Source: Nemertoderma westbladi (Eukaryota; Animalia; Xenacoelomorpha). Taken from it: DNA of 64,000 bases. The notes beneath the pieces are model-generated. The model was not told the DNA's origin, did no database searches, and saw only the letters and a program-made list of their open reading frames with translations. Shown here piece after piece: positions 14,201 through 25,700 of the stretch (positions are counted from its first letter, which is position 1; the number at the start of each line of letters is the position of its first letter). The stretch lies in NCBI GenBank assembly GCA_032718475.1, contig JAUCBJ010006470.1, forward strand, positions 62,001 to 126,000, read 5' to 3'. The translations under genes were made by a program, and so were the position numbers.

Positions 14201-14923
14201 GTAGACCCATCTCACGTTGCATATGAGCCGTATTTGCAGTCTTTGCCACAGTATCAAGAGCTCATCCTGACCGCTCAAGACCTTCCACAAAACACTGGAG
14301 TTATCGTAGTCCGAGAATACTTCAGACAGTTAAATATGGACAACAAGTATACTTGGAACTTCGTTGCCATTTGCGACCGAATTACGAAAGGTCTGTTTTC
14401 GGAAACTAGAAAGGTGGTATGCGCGCGAGGTGATTGGAGGATGGCGGCTATTCAATACCGCAACGAATTCTTGTTGACTCATGTGCCAGTGGGGTCATTG
14501 ACCGCTGAGAGGATACAGGAACAGAGGATCGCGGCGACCACAGCGACAACCGCTGGAGCTCAAGGCTCGCGGAGAGAACCAGGAGGAGAGGTCCGAGACA
14601 AGCGTCAAGTCAAGGACGACCACTATCACTCTATTATAGAAGCGCAGCGATTGCAGCGCAAGGCGCAGGGGGCGTCGGAGAAGGCGCGCGTGCAATTGCA
14701 TATGGAAGAGTTGGCGGAAGCGACCACAGGAGCACGATTGGGACGAGGCCGAGGTAGAAGTACCAGCCGGGAGTCTGTCGGGGCTCAGGGAACGTCGTCG
14801 CCGGTTCCGGGGAGTGACGCCTCACGGACGCCGTCAACAGAGTCTACAAGGGGTAGACTGGTGTATCTGGGAAGAGGGCAAAGGAGAGGAGCGAGCCCAA
14901 AGAACCCAGGAGCGGGTCGATAA
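11218..14923 (+). pseudogene. A1 accessory ORF2 (~1234 aa when the 1-nt insertion near 13098 is removed); N-terminal CxxC..CxxH domain, three CCHC knuckles, RG-rich tail
   Basis: ORFs 11218-13131 and 13061-14923 join into the frame that is continuous in A2; knuckles CKLCGSIRHIQKSC, CRWCNETDHSFHTC, CGYCGVKGHRSARC at 13886-14059. Confidence 0.88.
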
Positions 14924-15434
14924 TACATTATAGCACAGGGCGACAGACTCTAGATATATACATCATCGTCGCTCTGATGTATATTGTAGCTTTTTTAGAA
15001 ATACCCGACTAGACTCATATACACTAGTTGCGTTGATTTTGAATTTATATTTGCATTAATTTGAATTTATATTATGAAAGAGGCAAAGGAGGTGATTGGG
15101 GAGACAAACCTGCGGGTTTGGCTTACTCCTTTCACCTACCCTAGCAAAAATTTTTTATATTTGATCTTGTATGTAGTAATCATTATGTAGAACGAACGAG
15201 AAACAATATTTGAAACTTAATTTGTATGAAATAATCGTTAATATTGAAGGAGATAATATTTTGTAAATTTAATTTGTACGTAAACCCATTATGCAATATA
15301 TCTATGGCAATATTTGTAAATAGTAGAATTTATAGTATCAAGTATTTAGTTTATTTGAAAGAAATTTATTTTTGTTTGTATACATCACCTTATACTCTTC
15401 TACAATTGGAGGGAAACATTGTATGATTTCCCTT

Positions 15435-15441
15435 GGAGCGG
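15435..15441 (+). other. Short polypurine tract GGAGCGG abutting the 3' LTR
   Basis: The same GGAGCGG|TGT junction precedes the 3' LTRs of A2 (17813-17819), B1 (43695-43701) and B2 (49496-49502). Confidence 0.75.
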
Positions 15442-15638
15442 TGTTACGGTATATGGCGCTGTATCCACATTATTAGCCATCATACAGTATAATATGTTTG
15501 TTATTATGCAGTATAATTATTTAGATAAGGCACAGTGCGGTGACATTTAGATAAGGAAGTTAAAACGCCCATATATTTTGTATTCATCCATTTTGTATAG
15601 TAAGTAGCCCTATCTATGTAATTTTGTATTAGGATATA
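15442..15638 (+). repeat. A1 3' LTR, first ~197 bp only (cut by A2)
   Basis: Starts TGTTACGGTATATGGCGCTG like the A2 LTRs; homology switches abruptly to the A2 LTR terminus at 15639. Confidence 0.9.
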
Positions 15639-17812
15639 TGATAAACAACCGCGACCTCTATACTAACAGCAGAACTGTTGAACAGACCAATACCCGTTAA
15701 TATCCTTCTGCCAACCTAATAAGTTCTCGTCTAACCAATAAGACACGAAGACTGCTCTACTGTTAAGTAAAGGGGCTCAGGAGCGTGATATTACTAAATT
15801 GTAAGGGTTGCTAAATACAAACCGCTACTTACCGTTAGATGGCGCTAATCTGCCGTCCGCTAATATTTTTTACTAAATTTACACAACTCCTGCAAAATCG
15901 CTTGTTCCTTTCTCTACCGATTGCTCGATAGAGAGCTAACTGTTCGAATCTATGAGCCACGCAGGAATAACCAAAACAATAAACCCGAGTCGGCTCCCTA
16001 AGCTTACTTAAGACGAGTGCGAGAGGCCTTGCACTCAGAGTATTCTTACGCCTAATTCTATCACTATTAAAGCACGCTATTACCTACGTCCTTCTAATCG
16101 CGAATACTGGAGGTTCCCTAACGTAATGTGTGAATGCGAGAATATTTAAAATATCAAAATGGTACAGTATCTGTTTCTACGTGGATAATACCACTCCGAG
16201 TCTAAAACTGCCCGCGACTGGCTTTAGGCCAGCAAAATTACTAGCGTATCGTGCGTACCGAATAGTGCGTTCTAGCTGATTGCCCGCTAATGCAAATAAC
16301 CGCTCAGCGTGAATAGTTTACAGTACACTAATTATTACCTTAGCTACTCTCCGCTATGCTGCGTACTAATTCTTAATTTTTTACTAATTAATTACAGTCA
16401 CAAATATTTAACAGCGTACTAATTACTAAGAGTTCCAGAATACGTAATTCTAATTTATCACGCAACAGGTTTCGCTAGTAATAGCCTAAATTGCCGTATT
16501 ACTTTGACCTAATCAATAACTAATTATTGTAACTAAGAAATAGAAATCAATCAAAGGAAAAGAGCGCCTATCTAAGCATTCGTAATCTTAGGCACACTTC
16601 AATAACACACCAATCAGCGTTAGAAATCACAGTTTACAATTGTGCAATTCACTACTCGTACTCCACACTCAACGTTGTAATACGCGCAGGCCTCTCCCGG
16701 GTACATCTAGGATTCCTAACTAACCCAATTCCTGCCCCCCTAATACTAAATAGAGACAAAACCTGGATCATCAGCCCCCTAGATACTGTACCGGCGATCG
16801 GTCTGCGTGCCGCAGTGCAAGATACCCGCCCGCAACGGTGACCCTGGCCAGCGTTGCCCGCTTTGAATCCTCCGCTCTCTCCTAGTCGCTCAACCCCCCG
16901 ATGCGCCCACCGCCCACTGGCACCTTAGCCCTCCATGATACTAATAGCTACCGTAGCGGCGCATGCAAATCACAAAGTCTGACAGTCTCAGGAATCCCTT
17001 AGGATTATTGCGCAGAAAAGAATCACATAGAACCATTAATCAAAGGTAGAAATCATAGTTCGATTGTAATTTGCAGTAATCGAAGGAATTATTGAGAAAC
17101 ACAAGCAAAATAATCGTAATAGATATGAACAAGAAATTAATCAAAATTAGCAAATTGCAGAAAATACGATATCCTAATACAAAATTAGAGACAGCTCAGC
17201 AAGTAAATTGTAACAGGGGTGTGTCATGTGATAAGGCATGAACATATGAACAACAAAAGGCCCTACCGGCACACCGCCAATTTATAGGTGATCCCGATGG
17301 GGTGATGCAATAAGGTGACTCAATCGCTCTCCCATTGGCTCTCCAGTCCATGCTAGCATTAAACCAACCTGGAAGCAGTTAATCCAATAAGGAGACCGGA
17401 TTGTAGCCCTATGCCCTCAAATTATTACCATATATGGTAATGGATCACGTCTCTGGCTGCTGAATGGCCAGGACAGCGTCCCTATATGCTAGCCCTATCA
17501 AACTAATATCAGCAAGCACAAAATCCAGGGTCCGAGTAAACTCGCTACCCTGGAACTATCTACATATATCCTAATACAAAATTACGTAGGTAGGGCTACA
17601 TACTATACAAATGAATGGATGCAAAATATATGGGCGTTTTAACTTCCTTACCTAAATGTCACCACACTGCGCCTTATCTAAATAATTATACTGCACAACG
17701 GACTAATATTACGTACAGTATAACGGACTAATACTGCATACTGCATAATGGACTAATACTGCATACTGCATAATGGACTAATACTGTGGATACAGCGCCA
17801 TATACCGTAACA
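15639..17812 (-). repeat. A2 3' LTR (2174 bp)
   Basis: Near-identical to 32303-34476 (one C/T difference noticed, 16087 vs 32751); TGTTAC...TTATCA on the minus strand. Confidence 0.95.
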
Positions 17813-18246
17813 CCGCTCCAAGGGAAATCATATAATGTTTCCCTCCAATTGTAGAAGAGTATAAGGTGATGTATACAAAACAAAATAAATTTCTTCCAAC
17901 CAATCTAAATAACATAATAATTCTAATATTTACAAATATTGCCATAGATATTGCATAATGAATTACATACAAATTAAATTTACAAAATATTGTTTCTCGT
18001 TTATTCTTACTACATAATGATTACTACATACAAAATCAAATATAATATTTTGCTAGGGCAAGTGAAAGGAGTAAGCCAAACCCGCAGGTTTGTCTCCCCA
18101 ATCACTTCCTTCGCCTCTTTCATAATATAAATTCAAATAACTCAACTAGTGTATCGAGTCTAGTCGAAAATTTTCAAATGCTACAATATACATCAGAGCG
18201 ACGATGATGTATATATCTAGAGTCTGTCGCCCTGTGCCATAATGTA

Positions 18247-21200
18247 TTATCGACCCGCTCCTGGGTTCTTTGGGCTCGCTCCTCTCTTTCGTCCCCTTCC
18301 CAGATACACTAATCTACCTCTAGTCGACTCCGTTGACGGCGTCCGTGAGGCGTCACTCCCCGGAACCGGCGACGACGTTCCCTGAGCCCCGACAGATTCT
18401 CGGCTCGAACTTCTCCCTCGGCCTCGTCCCAATTGTCGCGCTCCCGTGGTCGCTTCCGCCAACTCTTCCTTCTGCAGTTGCACACGCGCTTTCTCAGACG
18501 CCCCCTGCGCCTTGCGCTGCAACCGTTGAGCTTCTATAATGGAGTGGTAGTGGTCGTCCTTGACTTGACGCTTGTCTTGGACCCCTCCTCCTGGTTCTTT
18601 CCGCGAGCCTTGAGCTCCAGCGGTCGTCGCTGTGGTCGCTGCGATCCTTTGTTCCTGTATCCTCTCGGCGGTCAATGAACCCACTGGCACATGAGTCAAC
18701 AAGAATTCGTTGCGGTATTGTATAGCCGCCATCCTCCAATCACCTCGCGCGCGTACCACTTTTCTAGTCTCCGTAAATACACCCTGATGCGATCGCAAAT
18801 AGCAACGAAGTTCCATGTGTACTTATTGTCCATGTTCAATTGTCTGAAGTATTCTCGGACTACGATAACTCCAGTGTTTTGTGGAAGGTCTTGAGCAGTT
18901 AGGATGAGCTCCTGATATTGTGGTAGCGATTGTAGATATGGCTCGTACGCAACATGCGATGGGTCTACCGCCCAAAACCCATATCCCGCTTTAAATGGTA
19001 ACCAACGCATCTGCGCTTGAATATGGTAATCCGCCACACTCTCCCACTTATCTAACATCTCCCGAAGTAGGTTAGCGCTATGGTTTTGAAAGGAATCATC
19101 TCGCAGCTGACATCTCGCGCTACGGTGTCCTTTTACTCCACAATATCCACATTGAGAAATGAAGACGGTGCACGTGTGAAACGAATGGTCGGTCTCATTG
19201 CACCAACGACAGACCTTATGCGCCGCCTCTATTACCGCGTCGCACGACTTTAGATTGTGCCTTGTGCTGCCGCACAATTTGCACCTACGCGCTTGTGGAA
19301 ACCAGGCCCTCTCGTATATGAGGTCTCCAATCGGTTTCGCACTTCCTTCCTTCCCAATGTCTAATACGATGTCGTCCTCTCCGGTCAACGGTTGTCGATC
19401 CGGAACAAAGTAAACATCCTCGCCCTTGTCCTCTATCTCCAATATTTCCTCCCGCGTTTGTTTCGGATATGTCTTCTCCACCGGAAGATCTACTCCGAAC
19501 ACCTCTACTAACGTTTCCGGCCAGCCCTCCTTAACAGGTCTATCAGCCTCCGAGTGGAAGGGAGTACCAAACCCGCGGGTTTGATTCCCGAACCACTTCT
19601 CCAAAGCTTCTGGCGTCGGATATTCCATCGACGGTCGGTCTCCCAAATCTCCGATGTTCTGTCGATATACTCCTTCGAATATCGCTAATCCTCTCCTAAC
19701 CATTGACGTATTCTCTAACGATTGGTTGAAGAACGGGGTTAAGAAACGCTTCATCACGTCGGATTGGATTCCCCCTTTCGAGCGAACGTATTGATCTCCT
19801 CCGAATACCAATGGATGACGTTTCAAAACTCGCGCAACGATATCCGCTAATAAACAAGTCACCGTGTTCGACTCAAGCACCAAATAATATTGTAGCGACG
19901 CACGGGGTGGCGCGCAAATGTTCCAATACACTAACGCTTGCCGCTTGAAGTGGGATTTGAACTCCGCTCCCGGTGGCGTGTTGTATTCGCCATACGCCTC
20001 CTCGTACTTCTTTTGCGTCTTTAACTTAAAGTCCCAATTATACAACAAGTGTGCTATAAAGCCCATACCAGTCTTGGCAGAGTTGGGATACTCCCTATAA
20101 ATTCCAATATCCTGTGCCCATAGCAACAATAGCTTGGTGTCGACAAACGGTCTCGGCAATCTATCTTCCAGATCAGTCATGGCGTTGAAGTCGCTCTCCA
20201 AATCGCTCTGGACTCCCGATCCCACCTTGACGTAATCTTGGTTGAGAATAGCCTCTCTAACTTTCTTGGGTAACATCCTGGCGTCGATACGCTCCGCTCC
20301 GTGCATACCTCCTCGCCTGCATACCTCCAAAATCTGTTCCCTAGGATCCTTCCCTTTCCGATATTGTGTCGTTATGATGGGCTCCGGTCTCTCTCGATCC
20401 GCCCTCACACGCATAAACACATGAGTCACACCATTGGCCGCACGAATTTGAATACACTTGCTAGTCAAGCATTCCTGATGGGACCCTCCTTCATTGTCGT
20501 AGAACATCACTCTCCAATCCTGCAGTGATTCCTCCGTTTTCCTCCACTGACGCTGAATCTCGTCTGATGGGGTCCACATGCGCTCGATCGCCTTGTGGTC
20601 ATCATATCGGGTATAAGAACCCTTCCTCCTCAGCCACGTCTGGTCTACTTCCTCGTCATCTGGGAATGTAGCCACCGCGACCCATACCTTGATGTACTTA
20701 TCCAACCATCCGAATAACTTACTCTCCTTCCCCGGAGCTCCAATCTTGTCCAAAGTGTCGTAATCTGTGATCTGCATTGGGACATCACGCAAGAACTTCG
20801 CGCATAAAACTTCCCGTAGACAGTCAACGTTCCAATGGTCCGCCATTCTTACCATCGGCAAGAATCGTATCGCTTCTCGCGACTCCGGATGATCTACTAA
20901 TATCGAAGGTTCGGTGCCGTCGGAATAATACACCGGTCCGGGTTGAGATACGACCTGTGGAACAAATCCGGTCACTCTCCTCGTCTCCTCTTGATGTCTA
21001 TCCGCGGTCTTATTATACTCCGCTATCCTGTTCTCAAATAACTCTTTCGCCTTCGCCGCTCGCTCCTCCTGCCGCAACGCGTCTATGTCGTCCTGATGCT
21101 CAGGCGTGAGGCTTCTCACTCGGTGAGGTGAAGTAAATGCAGTCCAGGGACTCGAGAGCTCCAAACCCGCGGGTTTGGTACCCGAGTCCCGCGCCGCTTC

Positions 21201-21950
21201 GCGCCGCGCCTCTAGATCCTTGTAGGCTCGGTACAGCGAAATGGCCGCTGCCGTCTCTATCAAACTGGGTGTCGAACAGGGTTTAATCTCCGTATACGGA
21301 TCTAATGTCGTAACGGTCGGCGTAATGGGTCTCGGAGGTCGCTTTCCGCTGAAGTCGATACTGATCATCGGGTTGCTCATCGGGTAACCTCCCTCGTTGT
21401 ATCTAAGGAATTGGTGAGCTGGACATCGCGTTAATATCGGTTCCGGATGTTGCTCGTCTAATCGGTCGGGAATCGCCACGTCCTGTTTATTCATGCATTC
21501 ACCACACTTGTAGAAGAGCTTGTATACGCTGAAGACTTTCGGCGTCTCCTGATCCTCGCCTCGAGTCCTCCGATACAGGTGCATTCCATCGAACTGGTCT
21601 CGGACTGCAGGTAGAGGCTCCTCATGTCGTAAATACATATTCATATGGTATAGTCGTGCGATTTCCTCGTCCGGATCTGCGCTAATGTCGCACACGTCCA
21701 AAGCAAAGTCGTAGGGATACCGCGTGCGATACTCTCTCCGCAAGACTTCCATCCAGTCCCCCAACGCTCTCATTCTTTCTCTCCGTAATTCTTTATCATA
21801 ACTTGGTTTGTACTTCCCGTTCAGCTCCATCACGGACCGCCCATGGTAGTAAACGTTAGAGTCTTTACATCCTGGTCGCGCGAATGGTAGCTCCGCCTCC
21901 TCTCTGGCAGTAAATCCTCTGCGCGGTTGCGCTCTAATATCCCTCTCCAT
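18247..21950 (-). pseudogene. A2 accessory ORF2 (~1235 aa; ~4-bp deletion frameshift near 18785)
   Basis: ORF 21950-18696 plus C-terminus in ORF 18816-18247; highly similar to A1 ORF2, all Cys/His motifs intact. Confidence 0.88.
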
Positions 21951-22708
21951 TATGTTACGCGTATATACATATATATATATCCCAATAAGTGCCGTTACGT
22001 AACCAACTACACTGTGGGTAAATCAGTTAGATGTCGCCGAAGGACAGACCTCCCGAACCCCCCCGCCTTCCAGCAGTTCAGGTTCGACTCTCTAGATCCC
22101 GTCTCTTCCTAACTAACCATCCTCTAACCTATTCCCATGCATAGCGCAAAAACTTTGGAGATAAACTGGCCGTGACCAACTCACTTTTTGATGCCCAAAC
22201 TACTCCCATTACTCGTACTAAACTACAGTAGTTAGAAAGGACTATAGCCACAATACTCGACTATACCAAACCCACAGGTTTGATAATCGAACATCACACA
22301 TCCTGCAAACTACTGAGTGGGGTCCGTGCACCCCTCTGGTGCTACTAACCTTTAGCACCCTAGTTGCACTGTTGGCACCAATCTGTGGAAGTTGCTAAAC
22401 TCAATTTACACTCCTACGTAATATAGCCGTCACCATGGTTTCTAAATGCTATTTTCCAGGCTTCACGACTTTTCAAATTACTGTTTATCTATAGACGAAT
22501 TCTAAAACGCGTCTATACACAGCGTCTGGAATTGTCTTGGGTTCACTTCTAATTTTTAAAATTTTCTAATTTTTTCCAAAATTTTGAAATAAAATTTTGT
22601 TTTGATACCCACCAGACAAAACTCAACGCAAATCACCACAACCCCGCTCCTATGCATTTCCTTGTATTTGCATACGAGGAATGCATACGAAGTGAGTTGC
22701 GTCCAACA

Positions 22709-25700
22709 CTAATTCAGTTTTGAGGCAGGAGACAAATTATAATCTCCCGTCTCGATACGTGTCTCCTCTAATAACACAATATCTTGGACCGGTCGGTCCA
22801 AGGTGTGTAAACCATTAGTTTTACACTTTTTTGGGTGCGGACACTTGCACCTAATTTTCACAGTGACTGTGCGCACTATGTTTTGCACGTCTGGGTGTGT
22901 GTGCAAGATCACTCCCGTCTCCCAATACTTTCTCTTGACAATGGGTTCGGTTATCAACACGTAATCTCCCCTTTGGAGACTCCGAACCGTTTTGTACCAC
23001 TTTGTTCTGGTGGATATAGTGGGAAGATAGTATTCCCGCCAATATTCCCAGAATGTGTACGCCACAAACTGTGTTACTTTCCAGCTCTTACGACTATATA
23101 GGTCGGCACTAATGGGTTCTGATGCCGGCACAAGAAATGCTGGACTCTGCATTAGCAAATGATTCGGCGTTAATGCAACACCGTCTGGCAACATAGCTAT
23201 CGGCCTCGAGTTTAGGGTATGCTCGATTTCAATAAAAGCTGTGACCAGTTCGTCGTCGGTAAGTTGTTTGTTCACAGGCAATGTTTTGGCAATGGCCTGC
23301 TTCACAGAGCGAACCAAACGCTCCCAACTTCCTCCTCTCCAAGGACTTTCTGGAGTATTGAATCTCCATTCTACTCGTTGCGGCAAAAGTGCTGCAGAAA
23401 TTTCCTTATTCTGTGCTGCTTTATGAGCCGCGTTCAACTCGCTATTCCCTCCGACAAAGTTTGTACCCTTGTCAGAGTAGAACGCCTTTACTAGTCCTCT
23501 CCTGGCCATAAATCTCTTTAAGGCCAGGAGCAGAGATTTGGTCGACATGTCTGCCACACGCTCGATGTGTATGGCTCTACTAGCCATACATGTCAGTAGC
23601 AGACCCCATCGCTTGTGGGTCAGCCGTCCACTCTTTGCTTCAATCGGACCAAAACAGTCCACCCCTGTATTCGTAAAGGGTGGGTCATATGCCTGCACTC
23701 TCGCTTCCGGGAGTTCAGCCATCTCCTGTTCCAATACTCTGGCGTTCACTCTCTTGCAAACCAGACAGGCGTCGTACATAGTGCCTACTGCCCTGCTTGG
23801 CTGCAATAGAATGAATCGCTGTTTCGCTGCCGACAGACAGTGTAACTTTCCCGCGTGATGCAACCTCTTGTGTATATCCCATAGAATCGCTCTTTGCAAT
23901 TCTATTGGGTGACTAGGGATTATCACTGGGAACCTAAACTGTGAGTTTATGTCGACAGTCTGGATTCTCGATCTATGACAAATTAAACCCTTATGGATTA
24001 ATGGACTCCATTTTCTAAGGGGTTTATAGAGAACTGGTCGATGAGCCGATAATAGATGGAATTCTTTCGGGAAGGCACACATTTGATAATGCTTCAAATG
24101 CTTTAATTCCGCTTGATCAATCTCATCCTCTGTCAGAGGTTGTTTCAATTTCCGAATTCGCTCACTATTGGTGCTCAATGGTTCTCTCAAATGTTTCGAA
24201 TGTTTTATACAAAGGTACGAAATGTATCGGCTTAACCACGCAGTTCTTTTACAAATTGTCAGCCAAGAGGCAGACGAATTTAGTAATTTGTCATAAACAC
24301 TGCGTGACTCTAATGCCAGCGACGGTTGTCCGCTAACTAATGGAAGTTTTGAATCCAAACCCGCAGGTTTGGAAACCAAAGGCTCCATTGTGTCGGTCAT
24401 TTTCTGTCCGTCACTTACCAATTGTGACTGTCGTCTAGTCTGTAAGGGTGGTTTTATGTCATAACTTACCCTTCCGGACCTAGTAGTCACGTAAGTCTGT
24501 TGGTCTGACAGGTCTCCGGGCCGCTCCAATGACTCTTCAGGCCGCTCCAATGACTCTTCAGGCCGCTCCAATGACTTAAGTTTGGCTTTAGACTTTGACT
24601 TAGAGACTTTCTCCACCTTGACTTCTGCATCTTCAGGCATCGGATTGGTCACAATCTTTAGTCGCTCTGGCCAATGTTCCTGTGTCCTTGTTAGAAAATC
24701 AGGTCCATGCAACCAAAACTCCTGCGACTCTTCCCGACAGAATTCCGCCGGCATTGCACCTCTCGAAGTTATGTCGGCCGGGTTCAACACTCCCGGACAA
24801 TGTCTCCATTGTTCCTTCGTCGAAAAATCAACGATCTGAGCGCGTCTATTGGCCACAAATGTCTTTAGTGCAATATTGTCGGCCGCAATGTATACTAACA
24901 CCAAGGATGCGTCCGTCCAATAGAATAAGGTCAATGTCGTGTCTAACTCCTCAGTTATTTGCTTACTTACCTCGACCGAAACTACAGCCGCCTGTAACTC
25001 TGCACGAGGGACAGTCATATATTTGACCGGCATTGTCTTTGATCTAGAAGTCACAAAGGCCGTCTCAAATTTGTCCTGACTTACCTCTCGGCGAAGGTAG
25101 GCTACCATACCAAAGCCGGTGTCACTTGCGTCACTGAATAAATGCAGTTCTAAATCAGCTGGGAATACCAGCTGATTCGGAAAGTAGGAACGGGGTACAT
25201 CTATATTTTTCAATAGATGCAACTCGGCTTCCCACTCCCTCCACTGCTTTGCATGTATAGGAGATATTGGTTCGTCCCACTCTAAGTCGGACAACCAAAT
25301 TTTCCTCATGCACGCTCGTGCCTGTAATATAACCGGACTGATAAAGTTCATCGGGTCAAATAGTCTACTTAAAGTCGATAAGCAAATTCTCTTTGTCAAA
25401 ACTTTGTCTGGGCTACTGGGTTCAAATCTAACTCTTACCTGGAACTTATCCGTGTTCGGATTCCAAGCAAGTCCCAGTACTCGCGCCATGGGGATTGGTT
25501 CTACCCCCAATTCAATGTCTCCGCTCCCGCGATCTTTTACCGGGAACGACTCTAATAGGGCCTCCGAGTTAGTAGTGAACTTGGTCAGAGGAAATCCCCC
25601 TGTAGCCAAGCACTCTTGCAGGCCGTGAGCCACTTCTATGGCTTGTTCCGCCGTGTCCTTGGACACCAATCCGTCGTCCATGTAGAAGTTTCTCAAGATG

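Larger units (their letters stand above)
1..15638 (+). mobile_element. Bel/Pao LTR retrotransposon, family A copy A1 (5' end outside window, 3' LTR truncated)
   Basis: LTR-gag-PR-RT-RH-IN-ORF2-PPT-LTR layout; colinear with the reverse complement of A2 (position 1 corresponds to ~33172). Confidence 0.95.

Noticed and set aside
11218-14923. ORF2 as an envelope gene
   Set aside because: No signal peptide or transmembrane helix is evident; the protein is hydrophilic with Zn-knuckle motifs.
16768-16774. Hammerhead ribozyme core CTGATGA in the A LTR (minus strand)
   Set aside because: No stem II followed by GAAA, and no matching stems I/III.
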